A stretch of 25,344 nt of DNA from Gammaproteobacteria bacterium (GCA_048631945.1 JAIWEZ010000001.1:1-25344), one strand, 5' to 3'. Positions 9,400 through 18,255 are shown, counted from the first letter of the stretch. The notes: generated by a model from the sequence alone, not told the origin. Numbers and translations are program-made.

Positions 9400-10422
9400 T
9401 CAGACACGTAAAGTGTTACGACGTGTTGGATTCAGGAGTGTTTCGAGCCGTTCTAGGTTCTGCTTTTCCCCGATGGCTATGACTGTATCGCCTGCCTCGA
9501 GCCTTGCTTGCGAAGAAGGGTTGAAGAGCATATCTCCCGGAGCTTTCTTCACAGCCACGATGATCAGGTCGAGGTCTTTGCGGATCCCTGAGTCCTGTAA
9601 GGCCACATTGATCAATTTTGATGAAGGATGTACCGGCATTTCTTCCATTTGGATATCGCGGGTGGTCTCCGTCAAGGTCAGCTCAAGAAAATCGGTGACC
9701 GTGGGGCGGAGTATGGTTTGGGCCATTCGGTGAGCCCCCATGCGATATGGGCAAACCACCTTGTCGGCGCCTGCTGCAATGAGTTTCTTTTCTGAACGTT
9801 CTTCTCCTGCCCGGGCCATGATAAACAGGTCCGGATTGAGCTGCCGGGCGCTCAATGTGACATATACGTTGTCGCTGTCGGTTTTCAATGCTGCTATCAA
9901 ACCTCGTGCGTGCTGAATATTGGCTCTGATCAGATTCTCCTCATCCGTAGCTTCACCTGCAACGTGGAGAATCTTTCGTTCATCCAACTTGGCGATGGTG
10001 GCCGGGTCTCGCTCAATAACCACGATACCGATGGGTTTTGAGCGAAGGGACTCAAGGATATTGCTTCCAACGCGCCCATATCCACAAATAATGTAATGAC
10101 CTTTTTGGGTACGGATTTTTTTCTCCAATTTATGCCTCCCCAGGATTTCCCTGATGCGACCTTCCACCATGAACTGGATGACGCTCCCTGCAAAATAAAA
10201 GACAAAACCTACCCCCAGGACAATGACGACAATAGTAAAGATCCGTCCAATCGGTGAAAGTTTTTGAACCTCACCATACCCTACGGTACTCAAGGTGATG
10301 ATGGTCATGTACATGGCTTCTGCGAATGACCAACCCTCGATGACCATGTATCCGGTAGTGCCGCCAATGACTATAAAAACAAAGACTATAATGCCTATGA
10401 CAAGATAGGTGGTTCGGTCCAA
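9400..10422 (-). CDS. Two-TM potassium channel with RCK (TrkA-N/TrkA-C) gating domains, MthK/Kch-like
   Basis: TLSTVGYGE selectivity filter between two hydrophobic helices, IICGYGRVG Rossmann motif, C-terminal RCK_C; TTG start. Confidence 0.9.
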   Translation of the reverse strand: MDRTTYLVIGIIVFVFIVIGGTTGYMVIEGWSFAEAMYMTIITLSTVGYGEVQKLSPIGRIFTIVVIVLGVGFVFYFAGSVIQFMVEGRIREILGRHKLEKKIRTQKGHYIICGYGRVGSNILESLRSKPIGIVVIERDPATIAKLDERKILHVAGEATDEENLIRANIQHARGLIAALKTDSDNVYVTLSARQLNPDLFIMARAGEERSEKKLIAAGADKVVCPYRMGAHRMAQTILRPTVTDFLELTLTETTRDIQMEEMPVHPSSKLINVALQDSGIRKDLDLIIVAVKKAPGDMLFNPSSQARLEAGDTVIAIGEKQNLERLETLLNPTRRNTLRV

Positions 10423-10553
10423 AATGTACCTCGTGGTCGGGGTCTTTGATGGCCGGTTTCAGCGTCCCGGCCTATTACGAGAGGGCTATAGGGAAGGATA
10501 GAATCAGCGTCCTTGTTATGGATCTCGCCTACTTGGTCTGGTCTGGAGCCTTT

Positions 10554-12128
10554 CTAATCTGCCGGATCCGAACTCACCACTTCGACGCTGAACTCTCCCA
10601 AATCCTGAGGCAGATCGGGAAATACAACCACAAAGGGAATCACCTTGCCCGATGTAACCATGAAATTAGATCTTCCATCGCCGAATTTGTTGCGCAGTCT
10701 CGTATCTATGGTTGCCTTATCCATGGCTTGCAAGGCAGTATCCGACAAGGTATTGCCGCAGTATATGGCCTTCTCTTGAACGACTTTCCCGTCCCTTGAA
10801 TAGACAACACCTTTTACCATGATGAAGTTCCGGGCTTCAGGATAATCATTTCTGATTTTTCCTCTAATGACAAACAGCCGCCCAGCCGTCTTGTTTTCAA
10901 CAAACTCTGTCTTTATCAGTTGATCAAGAGTGGTTATGTGGAGGTTTCCGGGATCAGTGGTCTCAGACTCTGGGACACCTATGAGGGATTCGACAAACGG
11001 TATTTTGATATCAAGGCTTTGCAAAATAGTGTAGCCGGCAATAACTCCTCCTGCCAAAAGGACCAATATCAGCACAATCATAAGCGGCGTACTAATGCGC
11101 TTCCTTGCTTTTAGTTCTTTCTCGGCCTGCGGAGGGGGCATCAGTTCTTCCTCAACTTGTTCCACCTCCTCTTCTTCAACTCCTTCTAAGAGTTCCGCAG
11201 AAACGGCATCCGGCATTTCCTCTTTGGGCACCTCCGTTGCCTCGGTTTCCTCCATTATGAGTTCCGCTCCATCGACTTCAAATGTCTCCTCAAGAGGTAC
11301 CTCTTCTAGCCCTGACAGGTCAAAATCGAGTTCCTCTTCAGGGGCTTCCTCAGCTTCAGGTGTCTCCTCGTCAGCGAGCCCTTCAGCAGCAGGCTCTTCA
11401 TCAAAATCAAGTGCATCGAGCGCAATTTCTTCTTGAGCAGTTTCTTCTCCAGGCGGTTCTCCTTCAAGATCTGACAGGTCAAAATCGAATTCCTTTTCAG
11501 CGGTTTCTTCTTCAGCCGGTTCCTCATCAAGATCTGACAGGTCAAAATCGAGTTCCTCTTCAGGGGCTTCTTCAGCATCAGGTGTTTCTTCGGCAGCAGG
11601 CTCTTCTTCTACCTGAGGGAGTTCTTCTAAAGCAGGCTCTTCCTCAAGCCCAAACGCTTCGAGCGCAACTTCTTCAGCAGGCTCTTCTCCAGCCGGTTCC
11701 TCATCAAGATCTGACAGGTCAAAATCGAATTCCTCTTCAAGTGCTTCCTCAGCATCAGGTGTTTCTTCGACAGCAGGCTCTTCTTCTACGTGAGGGAGTT
11801 CTTCGGCAGCAGGCTCTTCCTCAAGGCCAAACGCTTCAAGCGCAACTTCTTCAACAGGTTCTTCTTCAAGTCCTGGCAGGCCGAAATCGAGCCCCGTTTC
11901 AGGGGTTTCCTCGGCTTCTATGGAAGGCTGAGGCGTTTCTGCCGAGTCCTGGAGATCAGCAAGATCTTGTTCGAGTTCGACTGCAGATTCAGGTTCTTCA
12001 TCGTGCGCGAGTTTATAGACAGTAAATATGTGTTGGCACTTAGAACATCTGACCTTGGAACCCGATTTTTTAATCAGGCCTTCGTCAAGATTGAACTTTG
12101 TGCTGCAGTTTTCACAGGTTACGATCAT
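10554..12128 (-). CDS. MJ0042-type zinc-ribbon / acidic repeat linker / TM / DUF3426-like membrane protein
   Basis: MIVTCENCSTKFNL...KVRCSKCQHIF N-terminus, ~300-aa Glu-rich linker, one TM helix (PLMIVLILVLLAGGVIAGY), C-terminal LFVIRGKIRN...PFVVVF domain; AAGGAG RBS. Confidence 0.85.
   Translation of the reverse strand: MIVTCENCSTKFNLDEGLIKKSGSKVRCSKCQHIFTVYKLAHDEEPESAVELEQDLADLQDSAETPQPSIEAEETPETGLDFGLPGLEEEPVEEVALEAFGLEEEPAAEELPHVEEEPAVEETPDAEEALEEEFDFDLSDLDEEPAGEEPAEEVALEAFGLEEEPALEELPQVEEEPAAEETPDAEEAPEEELDFDLSDLDEEPAEEETAEKEFDFDLSDLEGEPPGEETAQEEIALDALDFDEEPAAEGLADEETPEAEEAPEEELDFDLSGLEEVPLEETFEVDGAELIMEETEATEVPKEEMPDAVSAELLEGVEEEEVEQVEEELMPPPQAEKELKARKRISTPLMIVLILVLLAGGVIAGYTILQSLDIKIPFVESLIGVPESETTDPGNLHITTLDQLIKTEFVENKTAGRLFVIRGKIRNDYPEARNFIMVKGVVYSRDGKVVQEKAIYCGNTLSDTALQAMDKATIDTRLRNKFGDGRSNFMVTSGKVIPFVVVFPDLPQDLGEFSVEVVSSDPAD
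11311..11852 (-). repeat. Intragenic 177-nt (59-aa) tandem duplication plus partial copies
   Basis: CGCAACTTCTTC at 11664 and 11841 (period 177); TGACAGGTCAAAATCGA (encodes DFDLS) occurs four times at ~11311, 11470, 11533 and 11710. Confidence 0.9.
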
Positions 12129-12144
12129 CGTGGACTCCTTTCAA

Positions 12145-12666
12145 CTAGGATCCTATGCGGTAAATAGCGGGTAAGGCACGATATTTTTCATCAAAATCGA
12201 GCCCGTATCCCACCAGAAATCCTTGCTCAACCATAATACCTGCATAATCGATGGGAACTTGGACCTCACGTCGTTCTGACTTATCGATAAAAGTACATAC
12301 TTTAACCGATTTTGGGGAAAATGATTTGAGGTGGTCCAAAAGAAATGCAATTGTCACGCCAGAGTCGATAATATCCTCAACAATCAGAACATCCCGATCC
12401 CTTATGTCAAGCTCAGCTTCTTTGGTGATCCGGATGGTCCCGGAGGATTTCGTGTTGGAACCGTAACTTGCCAGGCGAACAAAATCAACCAGGACGGGAA
12501 TGGTAATCTCGCGGACAAGGTCGGCCAGGAAAATAAAGCAACCTTTTAGGACACCAAGGACAACAAGTTCCTTTCCCGTATAATCTTCTGAAATGCGTTG
12601 TGCCAGGCCTTGGACCTTTTGCGAGATTTCAGCCCTGGACAATACGGGGATCATTTCTTCCGGCAT
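12145..12666 (-). CDS. hpt: Hypoxanthine phosphoribosyltransferase
   Basis: VLGVLKGCFIFLADL, VLIVEDIIDSG PRPP loop, FLVGYGLD. Confidence 0.95.
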   Translation of the reverse strand: MPEEMIPVLSRAEISQKVQGLAQRISEDYTGKELVVLGVLKGCFIFLADLVREITIPVLVDFVRLASYGSNTKSSGTIRITKEAELDIRDRDVLIVEDIIDSGVTIAFLLDHLKSFSPKSVKVCTFIDKSERREVQVPIDYAGIMVEQGFLVGYGLDFDEKYRALPAIYRIGS

Positions 12667-12674
12667 AGTCCACC

Positions 12675-13610
12675 TTAGAGCCCGGTCTCTGACAGTTCCT
12701 GAATCAGGGCCTTCTGTTTTTTGTTCAGGCGTTTAGGAGGCTTGACGAGAATGCGTGCGTATAGGTTTCCCCTTCGATTCGTTCTCATTTCTGGAAGGCC
12801 GTATCCCTTCATGCGCATCTTGGTTTGATGCTGTGTCCCGGGGGGTATTTTCAGGTTCAAGTTTTTTCCGTCCACAGTTGGAATCTGTATCTGCGTTCCC
12901 AAGAGTGCCTCGGTTAACTTGATTTCTCGGTCTACATAAACGTCATGGCCAACCAGGCTAAAGACAGGATCATCAAGTACCTTGGCCTGAATATACAGGT
13001 CTCCAGGTGGTCCACCAAAGGCCCCTGGCTGCCCCTTTCCGGCTAATCGGAGTTTTTTGCCGGTCGCCATTCCCTTGGGAATCTTGACATCTATCCTTTT
13101 CTGTTTTCCACCTTGCTCCAGGGCTATGGTCTTGGTTGTACCGCGGAGCACATCCTGGAGGGTAAGAGGTAGCTCATATACCAGGTCCGATCCTTTGACT
13201 TGAGCCCTTTGGCCTGTTGTATAGGCACTGAAAGGATCTCCCCCAAAACTAAATCCGCATCTTCGGCCATGGCCGCCACCACCACCCATAAAGATATTTG
13301 CGAAACCGCTGTCGTTGAAGCCAAACTCTTTGAAGATATCGCCGAAATTGAAGCCCTTGAATATGTCTTCCTGTGAATAACGCTGGCTGAAACCAGAGGC
13401 ACCAAAGGTATCGTACTGCTCCCGTTTTTCCTTGTCACTCAAAACAGCATAGGCCTCGCTGATTTTTTTGAACATTTCTTCGGCAGACTTATCCCCCTTG
13501 TTACGATCGGGATGATATTTCATGGCGAGTTTGCGATAAGCCTTCTTTATTTCGCTCTCGCTAGCGTTCTTGTTAATGTTCAGGGTCTTATAGTAATCGG
13601 CTTCAGACAT
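12675..13610 (-). CDS. DnaJ-class co-chaperone lacking the zinc finger (CbpA-like, class B J protein)
   Basis: J domain with YHPDRN, G/F-rich linker, C-terminal domain ([18 protein letters not shown]); no CxxCxGxG repeats. Confidence 0.9.
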   Translation of the reverse strand: MSEADYYKTLNINKNASESEIKKAYRKLAMKYHPDRNKGDKSAEEMFKKISEAYAVLSDKEKREQYDTFGASGFSQRYSQEDIFKGFNFGDIFKEFGFNDSGFANIFMGGGGGHGRRCGFSFGGDPFSAYTTGQRAQVKGSDLVYELPLTLQDVLRGTTKTIALEQGGKQKRIDVKIPKGMATGKKLRLAGKGQPGAFGGPPGDLYIQAKVLDDPVFSLVGHDVYVDREIKLTEALLGTQIQIPTVDGKNLNLKIPPGTQHQTKMRMKGYGLPEMRTNRRGNLYARILVKPPKRLNKKQKALIQELSETGL

Positions 13611-13662
13611 TAATGGTCCTTTTTTGGAGAAGCATAGAATGAGATATTGAATCGTGATATAT

Positions 13663-13698
13663 GTTGAGTAAATATAACTGAATCCCTTACAATGTCAA
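13663..13698 (-). promoter_or_regulatory. sigma70-type promoter of the J-protein gene with an overlapping HAIR-like inverted repeat
   Basis: Minus strand TTGACA (13693-13698)-N16-TATATT (13671-13676); GTTGAGT-N7-ACTGAAT at 13663-13683. Confidence 0.5.
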
Positions 13699-13732
13699 GG
13701 AAATAACAGGCCACACAATGGGTTGAGAAATC

Positions 13733-14560
13733 ATGAGTCTAGGTCTAAACCAAAGAACCCCAAACAGACTTTCCCCGCATGCAATCAAGGAACACCTAAG
13801 AACTCGATGGCTCGGCCAACAGACGGTTTATTGTCTTGATGTAGTCGAATCGACGAATTCAGAGGCGAATCGTATGGCTCGAGAGGGTGCCCCGGAGGGG
13901 ACGTTGATAGTGGCTAACACGCAAACCAAGGGCCGGGGCCGCCAGGGGCGCTCCTGGGTCTCCCCTCCGGAAAGCGGGCTATATCTTTCCATCATCTTGA
14001 GACCTAGTTGCCCCCCTGGCTGGTTTCCAAGACTCACGTTAACCGCTGGCGTAGCCGTGGCTTCTGCAATTCAGGACATCGGGCTGAGACCTCAGCTCAA
14101 ATGGCCAAACGATATTCTGATTGCCGATCTGAAGGTTGCGGGTATTTTAACGGAGGCTGTCTTCGACAATAGACGTATAGGTTTTGCTATTGTTGGTATC
14201 GGCATTAATGTGAATACGGAACCGGACGAGTTTCCGATTTCTTGCAGAAGCCTGGCCACCTCTCTTCGACTTGGCCTTGGTAAACCGGTCTCGCGTATCG
14301 ATTTTCTTCAAACCCTACTGCACCGTCTCGAGCAATGGTACGGTTTTTTCTGCACAGGGGCATATGAGACCGTTGTAGATGCGTGGTGTAAATTTGATAA
14401 CACCCTGGGAAGAGTGGTTGAGGTGTTCCTCACGGAAAAGAGGCTTGTCGGTGTAGCCGAAGCGTTGGAGCCGGACGGCACACTTTTGGTTCGCGACAAA
14501 AAGGGTTTCCTGCACAGAGTCGTTGCAGGGGATGTCGTGCATTGTCGTCCAGAATCGTGA
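13733..14560 (+). CDS. birA: Biotin--[acetyl-CoA-carboxylase] ligase without N-terminal HTH
   Basis: VVESTNSEA, QTKGRGRQGRSW, LKWPNDILI..KVAGILTE, GIGINVN. Confidence 0.92.
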   Translation: MSLGLNQRTPNRLSPHAIKEHLRTRWLGQQTVYCLDVVESTNSEANRMAREGAPEGTLIVANTQTKGRGRQGRSWVSPPESGLYLSIILRPSCPPGWFPRLTLTAGVAVASAIQDIGLRPQLKWPNDILIADLKVAGILTEAVFDNRRIGFAIVGIGINVNTEPDEFPISCRSLATSLRLGLGKPVSRIDFLQTLLHRLEQWYGFFCTGAYETVVDAWCKFDNTLGRVVEVFLTEKRLVGVAEALEPDGTLLVRDKKGFLHRVVAGDVVHCRPES

Positions 14561-14584
14561 ACCGTCAAAAGGATTGTCGATTGA

Positions 14585-14646
14585 AAATCCCAAATCCCAA
14601 ACCCCAAATCGTCAATCATCAATCATCAATCGAATGACAAATGACG
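14585..14646. repeat. Heptamer tandem array after birA
   Basis: AAATCCC AAATCCC AAACCCC AAATCGT CAATCAT CAATCAT CAATCG then AATGACA AATGACG; a further AACAAAT AACCAAT AACCAAT at 14717-14737. Confidence 0.8.
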
Positions 14647-14764
14647 CTTCACAGACATAGGCGAGCGAATACCTTGACGTTTCCATATTTTTTGTGCTAC
14701 GTGCAAGTCGTAAAACAACAAATAACCAATAACCAATTTCGATGCATGAGAAAGGAGTAGTAAG

Positions 14765-15553
14765 GTGGATATTGTTGTCTTGCTTAAGCAGGTGCCTGAT
14801 ACAGAGACTTTGATCCAAATTGCCGGCGACAAAGCCTCTATCAGAACAGAAGATGTCAAATGGGTCATCAACCCATACGACGAGTTTGCTGTTGAAGAAG
14901 CGCTCCGAATCAAAGAGAAGCATGCCGGCAAAGTGACAATTCTTACCATGGGACCCGAGCGAGCTGTTGAGTCCATCCGCACTGCGTTGGCCATGGGTGC
15001 GGACGAAGGGGTGTTGATAGACGATCCGGCTACCCAGGGGAGTGACGCACTGGGCACTGCCAAGGTGCTGGCTGCTGCTTTAAAAGATACTGGCTACGAT
15101 CTTGTCATAGCAGGTCAGCGGGCTGTTGATGATGATGGCTATCAGGTTCCGGCTGCTGTTGCAGAACTGCTTGGTATTGCTCAGGTTTCTATGGTTGTTA
15201 AGGAAGAAATCACTGACGGCAAGATTAGGTGTGAGTGCACAATTGAGGGCGGGATTATGGTACTCGAGACTGACCTGCCCGCCCTTTTTACTACCCAAAG
15301 AGGCATCAATGAACCCCGATATGCCTCGCTTCCGGGCATCATGAAGGCGAAGAAGAAGCCCTTAATCAAAAAAACTTTGGCCGATCTTAAGGTAGATCCG
15401 AGTGAAGTGGGGGAGGCCCAGGCAAAATGTCGAGTTAAGAGTTTGTCCTTTCCACCAGAAAGGTCACCTGGGAGGATCATTGATGGAGAAACAGTAGAGG
15501 CCAAGGCAGCTGAGCTGGTAAGATTACTAAGGGACGAGGCGAAGGTTATTTGA
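14765..15553 (+). CDS. etfB: Electron transfer flavoprotein subunit beta
   Basis: VLLKQVPDTE, INPYDEFAVEEAL, AGQRAVDDD, NEPRYASLPGIMKAKKKP; GTG start after AAGGAG. Confidence 0.95.
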   Translation: MDIVVLLKQVPDTETLIQIAGDKASIRTEDVKWVINPYDEFAVEEALRIKEKHAGKVTILTMGPERAVESIRTALAMGADEGVLIDDPATQGSDALGTAKVLAAALKDTGYDLVIAGQRAVDDDGYQVPAAVAELLGIAQVSMVVKEEITDGKIRCECTIEGGIMVLETDLPALFTTQRGINEPRYASLPGIMKAKKKPLIKKTLADLKVDPSEVGEAQAKCRVKSLSFPPERSPGRIIDGETVEAKAAELVRLLRDEAKVI

Positions 15554-15573
15554 ACCCGGGGGGGCGTTTAAAT

Positions 15574-15740
15574 TGGAGTGATGGAGCAATTTTCGTATCT
15601 CGGATTGCGCATCTCGGATTGCGGATTCTTTTTATTCCTTTAACTTTAGGCACTTTAGTTCACTTTAGATCACTTTAGGCACTCCATTATTGACCAATGA
15701 CCAATACCGAATTCCGGATAACAGACGACAAATGACAAAA
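15574..15740. repeat. Composite short-repeat cluster in the etfB-etfA spacer
   Basis: TGGAGTG 15574 / CACTCCA 15680 inverted pair encloses ATCTCGGATTGCGC x2 and ACTTTAG x4; followed by TGACCAA x2 (15691-15704) and TGACAAA. Confidence 0.8.
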
Positions 15741-15755
15741 ACAGGAGAGACTAAC

Positions 15756-16721
15756 ATGGCACAGGGTGTTTTGGTATTTGCAGAACAAGTTGATGGAAGT
15801 TTTCGTAAGATTGCCTATGAGGCTGTGAGCGAAGGGAGACGGCTGGCCGATACCCTTGGCGATACTGTAAGCGCAGTCGTATTTGGCTCCGGCGTAGAGG
15901 GAATTGCCGGAGAACTGGCACAATACGGGGCAGACAAAATTCTTGTGGGGGATGATCCGGCCTTGGCTGACTACACCACAGACGCTTACACGAACATGCT
16001 TTTCGAAGTCGTCAAGGATAACGATCCCAGGATTCTGCTTTTTGGGGCTTCAAGCAGGGGCAAAGACCTGTCTGCACGGCTGGCAGCGCGTTTGGGAGTT
16101 GGCCTTGCCATGGATTGCATTGCCTTAAAGCTTGACGGAGAAAAGCTCATTGCCACAAGACCTATGTACGGGGGCAAGGTTCTTGCCGAGGTAGCCCTTG
16201 AAGGGGTACCGCAGATGTCAGCCATACGTCCTAATGTTATGGAGATTGTACAGTCATCAAAGGCGGGGGATGTGGAAAAGGTTGCAATAAGTACAGGTGT
16301 AGTAAGGACACGGGTTGTGGAAAAGAGGCTGGAGGTTGCCTCCAAGGTAGACCTAACCGAGGCGGATGTTATCGTGTCAGGTGGGCGCGGTATGGGAGGC
16401 CCTGACTTTGGCGCCATTGAGCAACTGGCCGAGGTTTTGGGTGGTACGGTAGGGGCATCAAGATCAGCGGTAGACGAAGGTTGGCGCCCTCATTCTGATC
16501 AGGTGGGCCAGACCGGAAAGGTCGTATCCCCAAACCTTTACATTGCTTGTGGCATCTCCGGGGCCATCCAGCACCTGGCCGGCATGGGATCCTCTAAATA
16601 TATTGTAGCCATCAATAAGGATCCGGAGGCACCCATCTTTAAAAAGGCTGATTACGGTATCGTGGAAGACCTCTTTAAGGCTGTTCCAGCTATAATGGCC
16701 GAGTTGAAAAAGGTAGGCTGA
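15756..16721 (+). CDS. etfA: Electron transfer flavoprotein subunit alpha
   Basis: [48 protein letters not shown]. Start reassigned to 15756 ([19 protein letters not shown]); the upstream in-frame extension is repeat-derived. Confidence 0.95.
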   Translation: MAQGVLVFAEQVDGSFRKIAYEAVSEGRRLADTLGDTVSAVVFGSGVEGIAGELAQYGADKILVGDDPALADYTTDAYTNMLFEVVKDNDPRILLFGASSRGKDLSARLAARLGVGLAMDCIALKLDGEKLIATRPMYGGKVLAEVALEGVPQMSAIRPNVMEIVQSSKAGDVEKVAISTGVVRTRVVEKRLEVASKVDLTEADVIVSGGRGMGGPDFGAIEQLAEVLGGTVGASRSAVDEGWRPHSDQVGQTGKVVSPNLYIACGISGAIQHLAGMGSSKYIVAINKDPEAPIFKKADYGIVEDLFKAVPAIMAELKKVG

Positions 16722-16745
16722 AATTAGACTGTCAGCAGTGGTAAT

Positions 16746-16786
16746 AAGGAGCAGGCCGGCAACATTGTCTTGCTCCTTGTTTTTTT
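16746..16786 (+). terminator. Intrinsic terminator after etfA
   Basis: AAGGAGCAGG / CTTGCTCCTT stem followed by GTTTTTTT. Confidence 0.7.
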
Positions 16787-16964
16787 GTAACCGTTTACGG
16801 GGTGGCGATCTTTCTGGAAACGGGAAAGTGAAAACAGCAATGCGTTGGGCGGAGGCTTGATGTGGTATGCTGATAGGGCTCACGGATGTGGTCAAGGTCC
16901 TTCCAGGGGCGGATGTTTTCCTTGGCTCCGGGACCTGCGAATATGACTTTATGGAAGCCATCGT

Positions 16965-18014
16965 ATGAAGAGTCTGAAGGAACAGATTTTGGAGTCGGTC
17001 CGCCAAGACCTGGTTGAAATTGAGAGTGCCCTTGCCGACAACCTCAAACCTTATCTCCCATTGGTCTCCCATGTAGCCAAATACATTATGTTCAGCGGCG
17101 GCAAAAGAATACGCCCGCTTCTGATGGTGCTCTCAGCACGTCTTTGCGGCTACAAGGGAAACCATGACAAGACCCTGTCGGTTGTCTTTGAGTACCTTCA
17201 TGCTGCCACCCTGCTTCATGATGACCTAGTTGACGGGGCCGACATCCGACGCGGCAACCCTGTGGCCCATTCGATTTGGGGAAACCCGGCTACGGTTTTG
17301 GTTGGAGACTTCCTGCTGGCCCGCTCCATCGCCATCGCGGCACAAACGCATTCTGTTCCAATTATTGACATCCTTGCCAACACAACAGCCCAAATGTCCG
17401 AGGGGGAGATACACCAAATGTTACACCGCGGTGATCTTGCTGTGGAGGAAGCAGATTACATGGAGGTGATCAGGCGAAAGACTGCCTATTTGATTCAAGC
17501 AGCATGTCAAGTAGGGGCTTTGCTTGCAGAAGCCCCAGGGGGACAGGTCCAGGCACTGGCTGACTATGGACATCATTTGGGGATTGCCTTTCAGATGGCT
17601 GATGATCTTCTCGATTATACTGCGGATACCAGAGTGATAGGAAAGACCATAGGAGCGGATCTGAGGGAAGGGAAGCTGACTTTGCCTGTTATCTATGCGC
17701 TGGATCGCGCCACCATGGAAGACCGCAGGCGCCTGGAAACCATCATTCAAGATATGGTAGCAGTCACCGAAGGACGAAGAGAAGAGGTTACCCTCAGCCC
17801 GAATGGTCAACTATTACGTGATGTGGATGCTAAAGACACGGATTTTGAGACCGTGCTGGGGCTGATCAAGAAGTACGGTGGTATCGCATACACCAGAGAG
17901 CGTGCCCAGAAGCACATCGAACTAGCAAAGAAATGTCTTAACACATTTAGTACCTCAAAGCCGCGGGGGCTTCTAGAGCAGTTGGCCGATTATGTGCTAG
18001 TGCGAAATGTGTAA
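16965..18014 (+). CDS. ispB: All-trans polyprenyl (octaprenyl-type) diphosphate synthase
   Basis: GGKRIRP, LLHDDLVD...RRG (FARM), KTA, FQMADDLLD (SARM), GADLREGKLTLP. Chain length not determinable from sequence alone. Confidence 0.88.
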   Translation: MKSLKEQILESVRQDLVEIESALADNLKPYLPLVSHVAKYIMFSGGKRIRPLLMVLSARLCGYKGNHDKTLSVVFEYLHAATLLHDDLVDGADIRRGNPVAHSIWGNPATVLVGDFLLARSIAIAAQTHSVPIIDILANTTAQMSEGEIHQMLHRGDLAVEEADYMEVIRRKTAYLIQAACQVGALLAEAPGGQVQALADYGHHLGIAFQMADDLLDYTADTRVIGKTIGADLREGKLTLPVIYALDRATMEDRRRLETIIQDMVAVTEGRREEVTLSPNGQLLRDVDAKDTDFETVLGLIKKYGGIAYTRERAQKHIELAKKCLNTFSTSKPRGLLEQLADYVLVRNV

Positions 18015-18113
18015 TTGCTTTTACGAGTATAGGCTTTGACGGTACACCGAAGTTCGCAACAAATGTATTGACATACGGAAAATGTTGTGATTGGCTATCA
18101 ATAAAGGTTGTTT

Positions 18114-18188
18114 ATGAGAGGATCTGTGATGTGTTTGTTACCAATAGAGTTTTTGCTTCTTCTTGGGCCAGTTCAAGGAGTGGGCTGA
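18114..18188 (+). CDS. Leucine leader peptide (24 aa, MRGSVMCLLPIEFLLLLGPVQGVG)
   Basis: Six Leu codons, including TTG CTT CTT CTT in tandem, directly upstream of a terminator and leuA; AAGG before the ATG; a second in-frame ATG at 18129 is possible. Confidence 0.8.
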   Translation: MRGSVMCLLPIEFLLLLGPVQGVG

Positions 18189-18255
18189 CTGCGGTAATCG
18201 ACACACAATTCAGATAATGATGGGCCGCAGGCAGCAAAACCTGCGGTTTTTTTTT
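18189..18255 (+). terminator. Attenuator: antiterminator arm and terminator of leuA
   Basis: CCGCAGG 18225-18231 / CCTGCGG 18240-18246 followed by T9; CTGCGG 18189-18194 can alternatively pair with CCGCAG 18225-18230. Confidence 0.85.

Noticed and set aside
11282-12025. 247-aa Gln/Leu-rich plus-strand ORF
   Set aside because: Antisense shadow of the Glu-rich repeats (GAA/GAG codons); no RBS or independent motifs.
14674-14703. sigma70 promoter for etfBA (TTGACG)
   Set aside because: No acceptable -10 hexamer at 16-18 nt spacing.
14585-15740. CRISPR array
   Set aside because: Units are 7-14 nt without unique spacers, and no cas genes are present.
15690-15755. N-terminal extension of EtfA (MTNDQYR...), and likewise the track's longer starts for serS, ygfA and pilV
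   Set aside because: The extensions derive from heptamer repeats or UTR; family N-termini and RBSs point to downstream starts.
16464-17072. 202-aa minus-strand ORF across etfA-ispB
   Set aside because: Overlaps two well-supported genes in antisense; no recognisable motifs.
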